A stretch of DNA of 18,468 nt. Source: Oligoflexales bacterium. GTDB taxonomy: Bacteria > Bdellovibrionota_B > Oligoflexia > Oligoflexales > Bog-1112. Under the pieces are notes generated by a model. That model saw nothing but the letters and a program-made list of their open reading frames with translations. It was not told where the DNA came from and did not search any database. The stretch covers positions 1 through 18,468 of the forward strand of contig JBGCEP010000056.1 of assembly GCA_045106415.1 (NCBI GenBank), given 5' to 3'. The translations under genes were made by a program, and so were the position numbers. This document shows positions 6,943 to 17,000 of the stretch, piece by piece; the first letter of the stretch is position 1; each line of letters starts with the position of its first letter.

Positions 6943-7884
6943 GTGAATTCATTGGACAAAAAAGAATCAGCCGCACTCACGATTGGAAGCTTCGACGGGT
7001 GCCACATAGGCCACCAACAGCTGATTCATGAAATGCTTCACCTTGCTAAAGCTCACAATCAGACTCCAACCGTTCTTACATTTTACCCTCACCCTCGAGA
7101 TTTCTTCCAAAACAGCGGGACCACAAACTGCCTTTTTACAATAGAAATGAAAAAACGCTTCCTGAAAAGCCTTGGTGTTGAGCATATCCTCGTTCAATCC
7201 TTCGACCTTCCCTTCTCTACGAAGTCTGCCCAGTGGTTTTATGAAGATTTTTTATGCAAACAACTTAAAACACAAACCCTCATGGTTGGTCCTAATTTTC
7301 ACTTTGGACATAAAAGAGAAGGCTGCATTGAATGGCTTCAAAAACAACAGCATGGCCCTTCACTCAAAGTTCTAACACCTCTTTTAGAAAACGACAGTAT
7401 GATCTCAAGCAGTCGCATTCGTTCTTATCTAAGAAATGGTGATCCTCAAACAGCTGCAAAGCTTCTTGGACGGGATTACCTTTTAGAAGGGCAACTGAAA
7501 CCTGGTGACAAAATAGGGAGAAAGATTCAAGTTCCGACGCTTAATCTGGAGAACATCTCACAACTCATACCAAAATATGGTGTGTACCTAGGCTACGTGT
7601 GGATAGCTGAACCTCAAAACACTGATTCCCCTCCTATTCAGCGAACAGACGCACACCCTGCGCTCATAAACATAGGACTCCGTCCCACTGTAGACGGCAC
7701 AAGAGAACGAGTAGAAGCACACCTGCTCTATGGAGAATGGCCCGAAGAAATGTATGAAAAAAAAGCTGGTTTTTATCTTCACCAATACTTACGAAATGAA
7801 AAAAAATTCGAAGATATCAATGAATTAAAAACAGCTCTCTATCATGACATTCAAAGAGGACGTCATTTTTTTCATAATCCGTGA
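6943..7884 (+). CDS. ribF: bifunctional riboflavin kinase / FAD synthetase
   Basis: LTIGSFDGCHIGHQQL, TFYPHP, VGPNFHFG, ISSSRIR, LLGRDY, GRKIQVPTLN, NIGLRPTV, EAHLL and LRNEKKF motifs. Confidence 0.97.
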   Translation: MNSLDKKESAALTIGSFDGCHIGHQQLIHEMLHLAKAHNQTPTVLTFYPHPRDFFQNSGTTNCLFTIEMKKRFLKSLGVEHILVQSFDLPFSTKSAQWFYEDFLCKQLKTQTLMVGPNFHFGHKREGCIEWLQKQQHGPSLKVLTPLLENDSMISSSRIRSYLRNGDPQTAAKLLGRDYLLEGQLKPGDKIGRKIQVPTLNLENISQLIPKYGVYLGYVWIAEPQNTDSPPIQRTDAHPALINIGLRPTVDGTRERVEAHLLYGEWPEEMYEKKAGFYLHQYLRNEKKFEDINELKTALYHDIQRGRHFFHNP

Positions 7885-9104
7885 AGACTTAAAGACTCTG
7901 CCGAAAGATTATAAAACGTCTGTTGTCCATTTTGAACTTCAAGCATCCTTACTTTCGACTCTCCGTCTTGCAGAGTCGCCCATACAGCTCTATATTTTTG
8001 AGATGTCGCTTGTGACATCAGAACAATTTGCACAACTGAAACATCAATGTTTTCGTCCTCACACGGTGATGTTACAGCCCCAGATAAATCAGATTTGGGA
8101 AGAATAGCCTGTGAAACAGTTGGAGAAAAACTTACTATTGCACGCCCATACTCATCTTTGCGATCTGGGCAGACATAATGAACTTCTGTCACTCCAACTC
8201 CAAAACTTTCCGCTCGTGAACCTGACCAAGTCAGCATATGATGACCTGGTACTTGAGATTGCCAAGCGACATCTTCATTGCCAGTTAACCAGTGCATTCG
8301 ACTTTGAAAAGACATAGGTTCTGTCGATGTCAAAGGATAAACATCATATGCAGCAGCACGCTTCATACTTAAGACATCATCGCCTATATAGCTCGGATAC
8401 GGGTTTTTTAAATGACCACTTGTACCCGTCACAAGAGATAAATCAGTCAGCGAATTAAAATTCGATAACCCATCTCCTACCCAACCTTCAGATGAGAAGA
8501 GTGTGTCATGCTTTTGTATCCATAAGGTACCACCCACCCAGCCTACAACACGGCCTTCACCAACATACCGACCTAAACCAGTTCCATTACGATATTGAAC
8601 ATAGACCTTTTCAGCTCCACTTTCAGAGATAACTCCAACTGTATATGCAAATAAATCTGGGACAGTCGTAGAAAAAGCAATCCCTTCTGAAATCGGTCGT
8701 AAAGTCTTAGAATCATCGCTTCCTAACGTATGAACTTCACCTTCCCAACTTACATTCAGTAAAGTCAATTTCGTATCTTTCCAGCTCCAAACCACAGCCG
8801 AACGACCCGCTGGTTCAAGAGAAGCTAAAATTGGTTGCCCAATATCAACCGTCGTCAATTGTTTTAAGGTGCCTTGTACACCAAACTCAGACTCCATAGC
8901 GTGCACCTGAACCTTGCCGGATTGAGCACTTAGAAAAATCACTCGTTTACCATCTGCACTCACATCTGGAGCCCTATCTTGAAGACTATAGCTCCCAGCT
9001 GTAAATTCTCGCCCAGCACGCCCTTCAGGTGCTTGAGCGCCATCTTCAGAGGCTCCACAACCAACAACAACTAAGCAAAAGCACCATATCCATTGACCTA
9101 ACAC
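7872..9104 (-). CDS. lipoprotein, TolB-like (PD40) beta-propeller
   Basis: Lipobox LVVVGC at residue 16, a PD40-like repeat DRAPDVSADGKRVIFLS, and a beta-rich body. GTG start with GAGG RBS. Confidence 0.65.
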   Translation of the reverse strand: MLGQWIWCFCLVVVGCGASEDGAQAPEGRAGREFTAGSYSLQDRAPDVSADGKRVIFLSAQSGKVQVHAMESEFGVQGTLKQLTTVDIGQPILASLEPAGRSAVVWSWKDTKLTLLNVSWEGEVHTLGSDDSKTLRPISEGIAFSTTVPDLFAYTVGVISESGAEKVYVQYRNGTGLGRYVGEGRVVGWVGGTLWIQKHDTLFSSEGWVGDGLSNFNSLTDLSLVTGTSGHLKNPYPSYIGDDVLSMKRAAAYDVYPLTSTEPMSFQSRMHWLTGNEDVAWQSQVPGHHMLTWSGSRAESFGVGVTEVHYVCPDRKDEYGRAIVSFSPTVSQAILPKSDLSGAVTSPCEDENIDVSVVQIVLMSQATSQKYRAVWATLQDGESKVRMLEVQNGQQTFYNLSAESLSLHGL

Positions 9105-9209
9105 ACAACACCTCTTTCAAAGCAATTTCCAACAAGCATAATGTCTGACTCACTCTCACAGCAACCTGCAAAAAAAAGCCCCCTGAAAACAGAGTAAGAA
9201 TCACTCAGC

Positions 9210-9245
9210 ATTCTATTGACATCATAAGGGCTCTTGCAATATGCC
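9210..9245. promoter_or_regulatory. candidate overlapping divergent sigma70-type promoters (lipoprotein gene / holA)
   Basis: Minus strand: TTGCAA (9239-9234), 18-nt spacer, TAGAAT (9215-9210). Plus strand: TTGACA (9216-9221), 18-nt spacer, TATGCC (9240-9245). Confidence 0.4.
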
Positions 9246-9294
9246 TTCCAACACAGGTCTTCATCAACCTGCAATCCAAAAAAGGCAAACAACA

Positions 9295-10278
9295 ATGGCA
9301 AAGAGAGATCCCTCTCCCCTTTATTCAGAGTATGTTCAGCAGCTCAAAGGAGCTTTCGGAAGAACAACACCTCTGTTGCTATGGGGTCCTAGCGGCTATT
9401 TACACCATAAAGCTATTCTTGCATTGGAAAAAAATAAACCTTCTCAAGTGGATTTTCAATTCCATGATCCACAAGGCCTTGCACCAAATTTTTTAACCGA
9501 ACAACTCAGTCAATCAGACATGTTCGGTCATTCTCAATGGGTTGTGATCCGTCGAGGGGAATCAGATCGAAGCTTCCACAAAAAAATCAAAAATCTTAAG
9601 ATTCATCCCTCTAATAATCTCATTATCAGCCACCAAAGCGCGCAGCTTCCAAAAAACATTTCAAAAGTTTTCGACACCTTTCACCATATTCCATGCTTCG
9701 ATCCTAAACCTATCGACATGCCCAAATTTACTTGCGCACTCGCAAAGAGCCTTGGTTTTGAACTAACACTCGATCAAGCTGAATCTTTATTGGCGATGAC
9801 AGGGGAAAACCTTGACACCATTGATAACGAACTCCAAATTTTATCGCTGGCTTATCACGGCCAACAAACGAATACTGCTCGCTTAGAAAACCTCACAGAA
9901 CATATCAAAAAGCAAAAAGAAGAGTCATGTTTTAGGATTACAGATTTTCTCATCCGAGGAGATATCGCACGAGCCTTTATCCACCTCGAAGCACTTCTCC
10001 AGCAAGGTGAGGCTCCCTTGGCATTACTTGGAATTCTTGCAAAACACTGCCGTACAACTCTTGCATTTCAAGAAGGTCTCTTGCCCCAAGGATATATCCC
10101 TCGCACTCAACAGCAGCTCTATCGATCTTACGCACGTAAACTTCCAAAAAAATCCTGCCGAGAAGCTCTTTTAAAATGTGGGCTCGCAGATCGACAGCTC
10201 AAAAGTTCAACAACCCCTCCTCATCTTGTTTTAAGTCAAATCATTTGGGAGCTCAACACACACTCCATGTTAAAATAA
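9295..10278 (+). CDS. holA: DNA polymerase III subunit delta
   Basis: LLLWGPSGYL, QSDMFGHSQWVVIR, GENLDTIDNELQIL, FRITDFL, GEAPLALLGILAKHCR and ADRQLKSS follow the HolA layout. Start chosen at ATG 9295 (MAKRD). Confidence 0.85.
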   Translation: MAKRDPSPLYSEYVQQLKGAFGRTTPLLLWGPSGYLHHKAILALEKNKPSQVDFQFHDPQGLAPNFLTEQLSQSDMFGHSQWVVIRRGESDRSFHKKIKNLKIHPSNNLIISHQSAQLPKNISKVFDTFHHIPCFDPKPIDMPKFTCALAKSLGFELTLDQAESLLAMTGENLDTIDNELQILSLAYHGQQTNTARLENLTEHIKKQKEESCFRITDFLIRGDIARAFIHLEALLQQGEAPLALLGILAKHCRTTLAFQEGLLPQGYIPRTQQQLYRSYARKLPKKSCREALLKCGLADRQLKSSTTPPHLVLSQIIWELNTHSMLK

Positions 10279-10305
10279 TTAGATCACTTAGCTTCGAGGA
10301 GCCAT

Positions 10306-11283
10306 ATGTCACGATTGTTTTGCGTCATCACACTCTTCATTTTTTCATATACATTCTCTGCATCATCCTCTCGCATACAAACAGCTCGACCATTACCCTT
10401 AACGGAAAGCCAATTTCATCTTCTTTTACAAGAAAGAAGCAGCAACAATCCATTCACCTCCGACCAAAGACTCTGGTTTACAACTCCAGGAAAAATATGG
10501 TCGTGGTCTTTTGATCTCAAACAACTTCGATATCAAAACATTTCTAAAAACAAAATCCCCATCACCGCTATTCTTCCCTACTCAGAAGGTTTTATTGCAA
10601 CAAATGACGAGCAAATTTTATTCATACAGCGTAAACCTTTTGGTGTGTTTACAATCAATCGTCCGAACACAACTCTCGCTCTTCATCGGATCAATCATCA
10701 AATATGGTGGGTCCGAACAGACGGAGCCAGCCTTATCCATCCATCACAACATATGATGAGTCATAAACATAAATTTCAAGGTTTGCTCAAAAACGATAAA
10801 ACGGCACTCACACTATCACCATTAACATTATGGGTTGCTCGCGAAAACAATCTTTTTTCTATGACGAAAAACAAAGAACAAGTCCGCTATCGACACATAA
10901 AGAAAACAAAGAATAAAATTCTAAATTTAAATTTTGACGAAAAAGATATTTATGCAACCACGCAAAACAACATTTTGCGTTTTCATCCGAACGGCACATT
11001 TATTCAAAGCATACCCATGAGAGGCACACAATCAATTCTACAAAGTCATATTACAAAAAATAACCACACTTATTTATTAAGCAGCCGTATCGTTGAAATT
11101 TATTCTCCACACAATAAAACAATAAAACGTCACCGGCTCCCTATACAAAATGCAAAAACAGTAAGTCATCTCCAGCTTCATAAAAATTATCTTAGCCTTC
11201 TGCTTGACGGACACCCTAAGGTTTTTCAAATTCAAACAACAATGATGTCTACAAATAAACATCAAAATAAAACATCCCTATAG
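10306..11283 (+). CDS. secreted hypothetical protein, probable beta-propeller, strongly basic
   Basis: GGAG RBS, signal peptide MSRLFCVITLFIFSYTFSA, and recurring blade-like strands (RLWFTT, QIWWVRTDG, TLWVARENNL, DIYATTQNNI). Confidence 0.65.
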   Translation: MSRLFCVITLFIFSYTFSASSSRIQTARPLPLTESQFHLLLQERSSNNPFTSDQRLWFTTPGKIWSWSFDLKQLRYQNISKNKIPITAILPYSEGFIATNDEQILFIQRKPFGVFTINRPNTTLALHRINHQIWWVRTDGASLIHPSQHMMSHKHKFQGLLKNDKTALTLSPLTLWVARENNLFSMTKNKEQVRYRHIKKTKNKILNLNFDEKDIYATTQNNILRFHPNGTFIQSIPMRGTQSILQSHITKNNHTYLLSSRIVEIYSPHNKTIKRHRLPIQNAKTVSHLQLHKNYLSLLLDGHPKVFQIQTTMMSTNKHQNKTSL

Positions 11284-11831
11284 ATTTATAAAAAACATAG
11301 GTGTTTTAGAGCCTGAAAAATTTGAACGCTGTCGTGAATTTACTGAAATCTACCTACACAGATTTAAAATCAAATTTTCTCTTCAACGAAGATAGTTTCA
11401 TTTTCCTCATATGAGAAAAGCCAGAGCTTTCTTCTCCATAAACTGACATCGCGCAGCTCGCATCCATCTTTAAATTTAAAGCAGCATTGGTATACTCACG
11501 CAATTTCAAATGGTGACAACGCAAAAATAATCTGAATTTGAATAAAAACACAGATGTCAATCAAGCTATAAATTCGCACCACCATCTCCTTTACCTTTAC
11601 CTTTAAACAAGGCATGTGGTGTAATAAAAGGTTTCAATTGTTCATCAGCATGCCGTACTAAATTCTTAAAAAAGAACATTTGATGACCTAAAAGTTTTAA
11701 AACTTATGATTTTTCACCAGGTTCAAACATAAAAATCAACAAAATAACAGGAGTTATAAAAACAATTTTTTAAGAAAAAAACTCAAATTTTCACTCAATA
11801 AAAAAGGATAAAATTCTGTGTTAAAAACAAA

Positions 11832-11876
11832 TTTGCCATCAAATCTCTTATTATTAAACAAAGATTTGATGGCAAA
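11832..11876 (-). terminator. intrinsic terminator downstream of ssb
   Basis: Perfect 15-bp inverted repeat TTTGCCATCAAATCT / AGATTTGATGGCAAA with a 15-nt loop, followed on the minus strand by TTTGTTTTT. Confidence 0.75.
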
Positions 11877-11931
11877 GATATAAAGACCATAAAATGGAAA
11901 GCCAAGCTCTACATTTTTATCTCTTTTTGTC

Positions 11932-12468
11932 TCAAAATGGAATGTCATCCAAAGAGATTCCTCCAGCATCCTGAACAGGCTGCTGTGGTGCATATTGATT
12001 TGTTGCTGCTGGACGAGGAAATTCGACCGCACTGTAATCTTGCGCTGGTGCTGGTGCTTGATATGATTGCTGTGGCGCTGCATAACCAGAAGGAGCAGCT
12101 CTTCCTGCATCCATTCCCTGGTCATCACCACGAGACATATCACGACCACCTAAAAACTGAACAACATTACCAACAATCTCAGTTGTATATTGCTTTTGTC
12201 CTTCTTTTTCCCATGAGCGAGTTTGAATACGACCTTCGACGTACACTTCACTGCCTTTTTTAAGGTAGCGGCAGCAATTTTCAGCCACCTTGTTCCAAAC
12301 CGTCACCCTATGCCATTCTGTCATTTCCTGACGTTGACCCTCAGGAGTATTCCGAAACTCACTAGTTGCAATGTTCAAAGTTGTCACTGCAGTTTGGTTT
12401 TGAGTATATTTGAGCTCTGGATCACGGCCAAGACGGCCAAGAATAATTGCTTTATTTACAGATGCCAT
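11932..12468 (-). CDS. ssb: single-stranded DNA-binding protein
   Basis: MASVNKAIILGRLGRDPELKYT, TEWHRVTVW, YLKKGSEVYVEGRIQTRSW and an acidic DDIPF tail. GGGAGG RBS before ATG 12468. Confidence 0.98.
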   Translation of the reverse strand: MASVNKAIILGRLGRDPELKYTQNQTAVTTLNIATSEFRNTPEGQRQEMTEWHRVTVWNKVAENCCRYLKKGSEVYVEGRIQTRSWEKEGQKQYTTEIVGNVVQFLGGRDMSRGDDQGMDAGRAAPSGYAAPQQSYQAPAPAQDYSAVEFPRPAATNQYAPQQPVQDAGGISLDDIPF

Positions 12469-12612
12469 ATGAAGCCTCCCACTATCTGTTTTCAACACAT
12501 CTGGTTCATATCCTCTCTAAGAGAAGACCTCAAGCGGATTTTATGGTTTGCGGATGACAACTGCCCGTGACATTCTTACGACTGAAGGTGTTGGTCAACC
12601 ATAGGAAAAATC

Positions 12613-14025
12613 ATGCGACTCACAATATTGTTTTTACTTTGCCTTTTTTCTGGATGCCTCGATGAAGAAAATTTTCAAGTTCTCGACCTACAGTATGCCA
12701 GTCCAGTCGCTGTAGCTCACACTCACGTGAACGGTTCAGACTATACGTATGTATTGAACACAGACTATGTCCGTACATTCAATCAAGGCTCACTCCTCAT
12801 TCTAGACTCTGAGCGCACTCCGCAGAAGGCTGTCACCCTTCCGCGCTTGGGTCGATTTATGACTCACATCGACGATAAGTTGATCATAATATTCAGTCCA
12901 TCTTCACCACAAGACACCTCTCATATCCATATGTACTCCCTCAGCGATCCTCTAAACCCAAATCTTATTTGGCAAAAAGCAATGGATGAAGAGCCGGTTT
13001 CGGTCACAGTAAACGCAAGTAAAAGCGATTTTGCTGTCGCTTGCCAAGGAGGCGGGCTCTACGTGGGAGCTTTCGACAATGAAAATTCAAATCTCCAAAA
13101 AGTCCGAGATTTGCCGCAGACTCATCGTGCTATGACGTTCATCAACTGGGAAGGGCGAGATATTTTACTCACATTTCCCACAGATTTAGGTATTGCAAAC
13201 ACAGCTGATTTGGCTTTGATTGATAAAGAGTCCTTAATCAATGAACAAATCATCAGTGGTGGAAATGAATTTCCTGACAAATGGCAAATCGATCTCACTC
13301 TCATCAGACGTAAAAGACTCAATCCATATCAATATATGGTTTATGACTATACAGCTGAAAAAGCAAAAGACCCTGCCTTTCCATTTGCAGAGTATACTGC
13401 TGATGCAACACACACCATTGAAGAGCTTCGTATGATGCACTTCAATCTCAACAATTTTGATGGAACCCCTGATTTATCTGAGGAAGAAATCAAAGAAGGT
13501 AAAAAATATTTCCGTACCAATTTTTGGTCTGCGGTCTTAGATCCTGAAGACAATAGAAAAATTTACCTCTCTCATCGAGGATTAGGAACAACTGAAGCCT
13601 CACCTCATGCCAACAACATTGTTGAGCTTACACTTTTAAGAACCCCTCTTCCTGATCAAGGTGTCCCACCCAAAACAAGTGAAACTTTTGAATTTAAAAG
13701 AGTCTGGGGATACCAGTCTCCAGATAATGATAAGCACTACCCCGGTGATTTCCTTGTCACACATATCCAAGGGCAAAAGGCACTGGTAATAAATAACCAC
13801 AGAGATCTCAGCCATTTTCGAACGCCTTATTTCTCTATCGCTGTTGCCTGGCCTGACAACCCAGAAATACCAATTCCCAGCCCGCTAGCATCAACAGACG
13901 GCTATCGCTCTTACTATGGTTTAGCTCCGACACAAACACCAGGAACTTTCGTGACAACTTCGTTTTACGGCAATACACTTGTCGCATTCGAAGTTGGACT
14001 CGACTCTTTGACTGAAATCGACTGA
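12613..14025 (+). CDS. lipoprotein, probable beta-propeller with insertions
   Basis: AGGA RBS, lipobox MRLTILFLLCLFSGC, and blade-like segments (YTYVLNTDY, IHMYSLSDPLNP, PVSVTVN..FAVAC, FVTTSFYGNTLVAF). Confidence 0.7.
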   Translation: MRLTILFLLCLFSGCLDEENFQVLDLQYASPVAVAHTHVNGSDYTYVLNTDYVRTFNQGSLLILDSERTPQKAVTLPRLGRFMTHIDDKLIIIFSPSSPQDTSHIHMYSLSDPLNPNLIWQKAMDEEPVSVTVNASKSDFAVACQGGGLYVGAFDNENSNLQKVRDLPQTHRAMTFINWEGRDILLTFPTDLGIANTADLALIDKESLINEQIISGGNEFPDKWQIDLTLIRRKRLNPYQYMVYDYTAEKAKDPAFPFAEYTADATHTIEELRMMHFNLNNFDGTPDLSEEEIKEGKKYFRTNFWSAVLDPEDNRKIYLSHRGLGTTEASPHANNIVELTLLRTPLPDQGVPPKTSETFEFKRVWGYQSPDNDKHYPGDFLVTHIQGQKALVINNHRDLSHFRTPYFSIAVAWPDNPEIPIPSPLASTDGYRSYYGLAPTQTPGTFVTTSFYGNTLVAFEVGLDSLTEID

Positions 14026-14032
14026 GGCTTTT

Positions 14033-17000
14033 GTGCATCTCAAAAAAATAGTTATATCAGGATTTAAATCGTTCGCAGACCGTGTCACTCTTTCTTTTGA
14101 TCCAACGCACATCACAGGTGTTGTTGGACCAAACGGCTCTGGTAAGAGTAATGTCATCGATGCTGTCCGTTGGGTCATGGGAGAGCAAAACGCTCGAACT
14201 CTACGAGGGGAGAGTGCTACAGATATTATTTTTGCAGGCTCTCAGCGAAGAAAAGGCTTGGGAATGGCTGAAGTCACCCTCACGTTTGACAACTCACAAT
14301 CTTCCCCATTTTGCCCGCCACAATATCGACATGAACCCGAAGTCTCTCTCACAAGACGCATTTATATTGATGGACAAAGAGAGGCCTTAATCAATAAACA
14401 ACCTTGTCGCCTTAAAGATATTACTGAGTTTTTTACAGCAGCAGGCCTGGGTGGCCGTAGCTACGCTATGATTCAACAAGGGCAAGTTGACCGCATTCTT
14501 CAAGCACGCCCAGAACAAATTCGAGAGATCATAGAAGAAGCTGCGGGCACCAGTGTCTTCAAAAAACGACGTGAAGAGACCTCAAAACGTCTTCTCGATA
14601 CTCAGCAAAACTTAGAACGCCTCGACGATCTTTTATCTGAGCTTGAAAGACAAAAGAAAACTCTCGCCTCACAAGTCGATAGTGCTCGTCAGTGGCAAGA
14701 ATGGACTGATGAAATTCGAGAAACTGAGCACAAAGTGTTTCACCACCAACACTGGTTTTTTACAAATAAAATTAACGACATTGAAAAACAAAAAATTCAC
14801 TCTGCAGACCAAGACATTGCGATTCGCACAGAACTTTCAAGTACTGAAGCTATTCTTGCTCAAAAACAACAAGAATTAAGTGAAGCTGATCCTGAATATC
14901 ATAAAATCAGTGAACAGTTTGCACAAGTCCGAGAAAAAATTGCAAGTGCAGAAGCTGCTTATCTCGGTATGAACGAACTGATGAGTTCTTCAGATTCTCG
15001 TACAGAGGCTTTAAAAACCGATCTTCAAACTGAACATGAGCAAGCCACAGCAGCACAAGAGCAACTTGAAGAGGCACAAACGAGCCTCGACACAGCAAAC
15101 GTCAGTATCATCGACCTTATGGAACAACTCGAAGAGTTTGAAAGCCGAATGGAGATGGTCACAGAAGAAACACAGGTATACCTCACTCGCATGGAGGAGG
15201 CCAAAGAAGAAACAACGAGCCTCCATCGACTCCTTGATAACAATCAAGTTCGCCGTGAATCTTTTGAAAAACAGCTATCTCAAGCCGCACGTGAAAAATC
15301 TGAAAGAGAAGATCGTTTACTTACACTTGAAGAAGAGCATTCACAAGCCTCTATTTTACACGACGCAGCTAAAGTCCGAGTTGCCAGCTGCCAACATCAA
15401 GCTCAAAAACTTGCAGAGAAAAAACATCAAATTGAAAGCTCTTTATCTGCACTTCAACAACGTCAAACCCAACAACAACAACAAAAAGACCACTTTAAAC
15501 ATCAATATATGGAAGTTGAAGCACGTCGGACTAGTCTTGAAGAAATGATGTCTCAAAAAGGTTCTATACAAGACCTTTTAAATGACCTTCAGCATGTTGA
15601 AAGTGTTGCCTTCTGTCCCGAATTGCTAAACTTTACAGAGCACCACCAAGAGCTTGCTCCTGCTGTCAAATCAGCATTTGAAGCCTGGGCTCATCGCCTT
15701 ATTTTATTTCATTCACAAGATTTGGATCAAATTAGCGCAGCTGCTCAGGAAACCGACGCTATTGCAGCCTCTTTGTGCTCTGAATATGAGGGCACTGTTG
15801 CTATGCCCCCAGAGGGCGCTTCTGCAATGACTCGGTATGTTTCTTGTGACAACAGAGTTCAATTTCTTTTAGAGCGTATTCATATCGTTGACCAGCACCC
15901 ACAACAACACCCAGAAGGGTTGATCCTTATCGATTCCTCTGGCTGTATCCGTGGCAATCACCTTGAGTTTTGGGTCGGAGGTTGTAAAACCCAGAACAGT
16001 TTGCTTACTCAAAAAAGCACGCTAGAAACTCTTATACAGCAAAGCAAACACTGGAAAGAACGCCTCGAACACACAGAAGACATACTTCTTAAAATCTCCA
16101 AAGACCAGGATTATCAGCAGAAAAACCTCAAAGATCACGACACCAATATGCAGGTCTATCACCAAGACCTTCTTGAAGCGAGTGCGGAACTGCATAAAAA
16201 TGCTCAGCATATGAGCCATAAAACCGAGTTGATGGAAACAGCACGTAAAGAGTTCGATGAATTTGATGAAAAATGCGAACAACTCGCAGAACAACTCGAG
16301 TCCTTAAGAGCAAACGCTGAAACCTTAGAACAAGAACTCGCAGAAAACAAAGAACAGCTCCAAGAGGCACAAGAAGCATACGAAGAAGCGGAAGAACGAT
16401 GCCAGGAAATGAAGCGACAAAATGATCAACAACACCTCGACTTAGCAACTGCAAAGGCAAAACGAGAAAGCCTTAGCTCTCAAATGAACTCCTATCAAAC
16501 TCGAGCCCAAGAAGCTCTGTCTCGCTCTAAAAAAAGGCAACAAGAACTCGATACACTTTTACTAGAAGTACAAGAAGCATCCGAACGACGGCAAAGCATT
16601 CAAACTGAAATTGAAGAATTTCTAAAAACCAGGGACTTCCTTGAAGAGCGCCTTGGCGAACTGCGAAGCGCAAACTCTGAATTAGTCACCCTTATTCGAT
16701 CTTTAGAACAAAAAAGTCGTGATTTAAGAGATCAAATTTCAGTACACCAAGACACCCACAACAAACTCTTAACTGAAATTGAAACAACACGACAAGCACT
16801 TGAAAACAACCGATCTCGCGCACTCGAATCAGGAGAAATTGATCCCGCCCTTAACGAAACACCGCCTAATGATGATGATTTTGATTTTGATGCTCAAAAT
16901 GCCATGGCTCGCATTCGAACGCTCAAACAAAAAGTCGATTCTCTTGGTGCCGTCAATATGATTGCAATTGAAGAGCACAAAGATATCGTTGATCGAGAAT

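Noticed and set aside
7872..9104. Calling the lipoprotein tolB
   Set aside because: Only one clear PD40-like repeat, a lipobox, no TolB N-terminal domain and no tol-pal neighbours.
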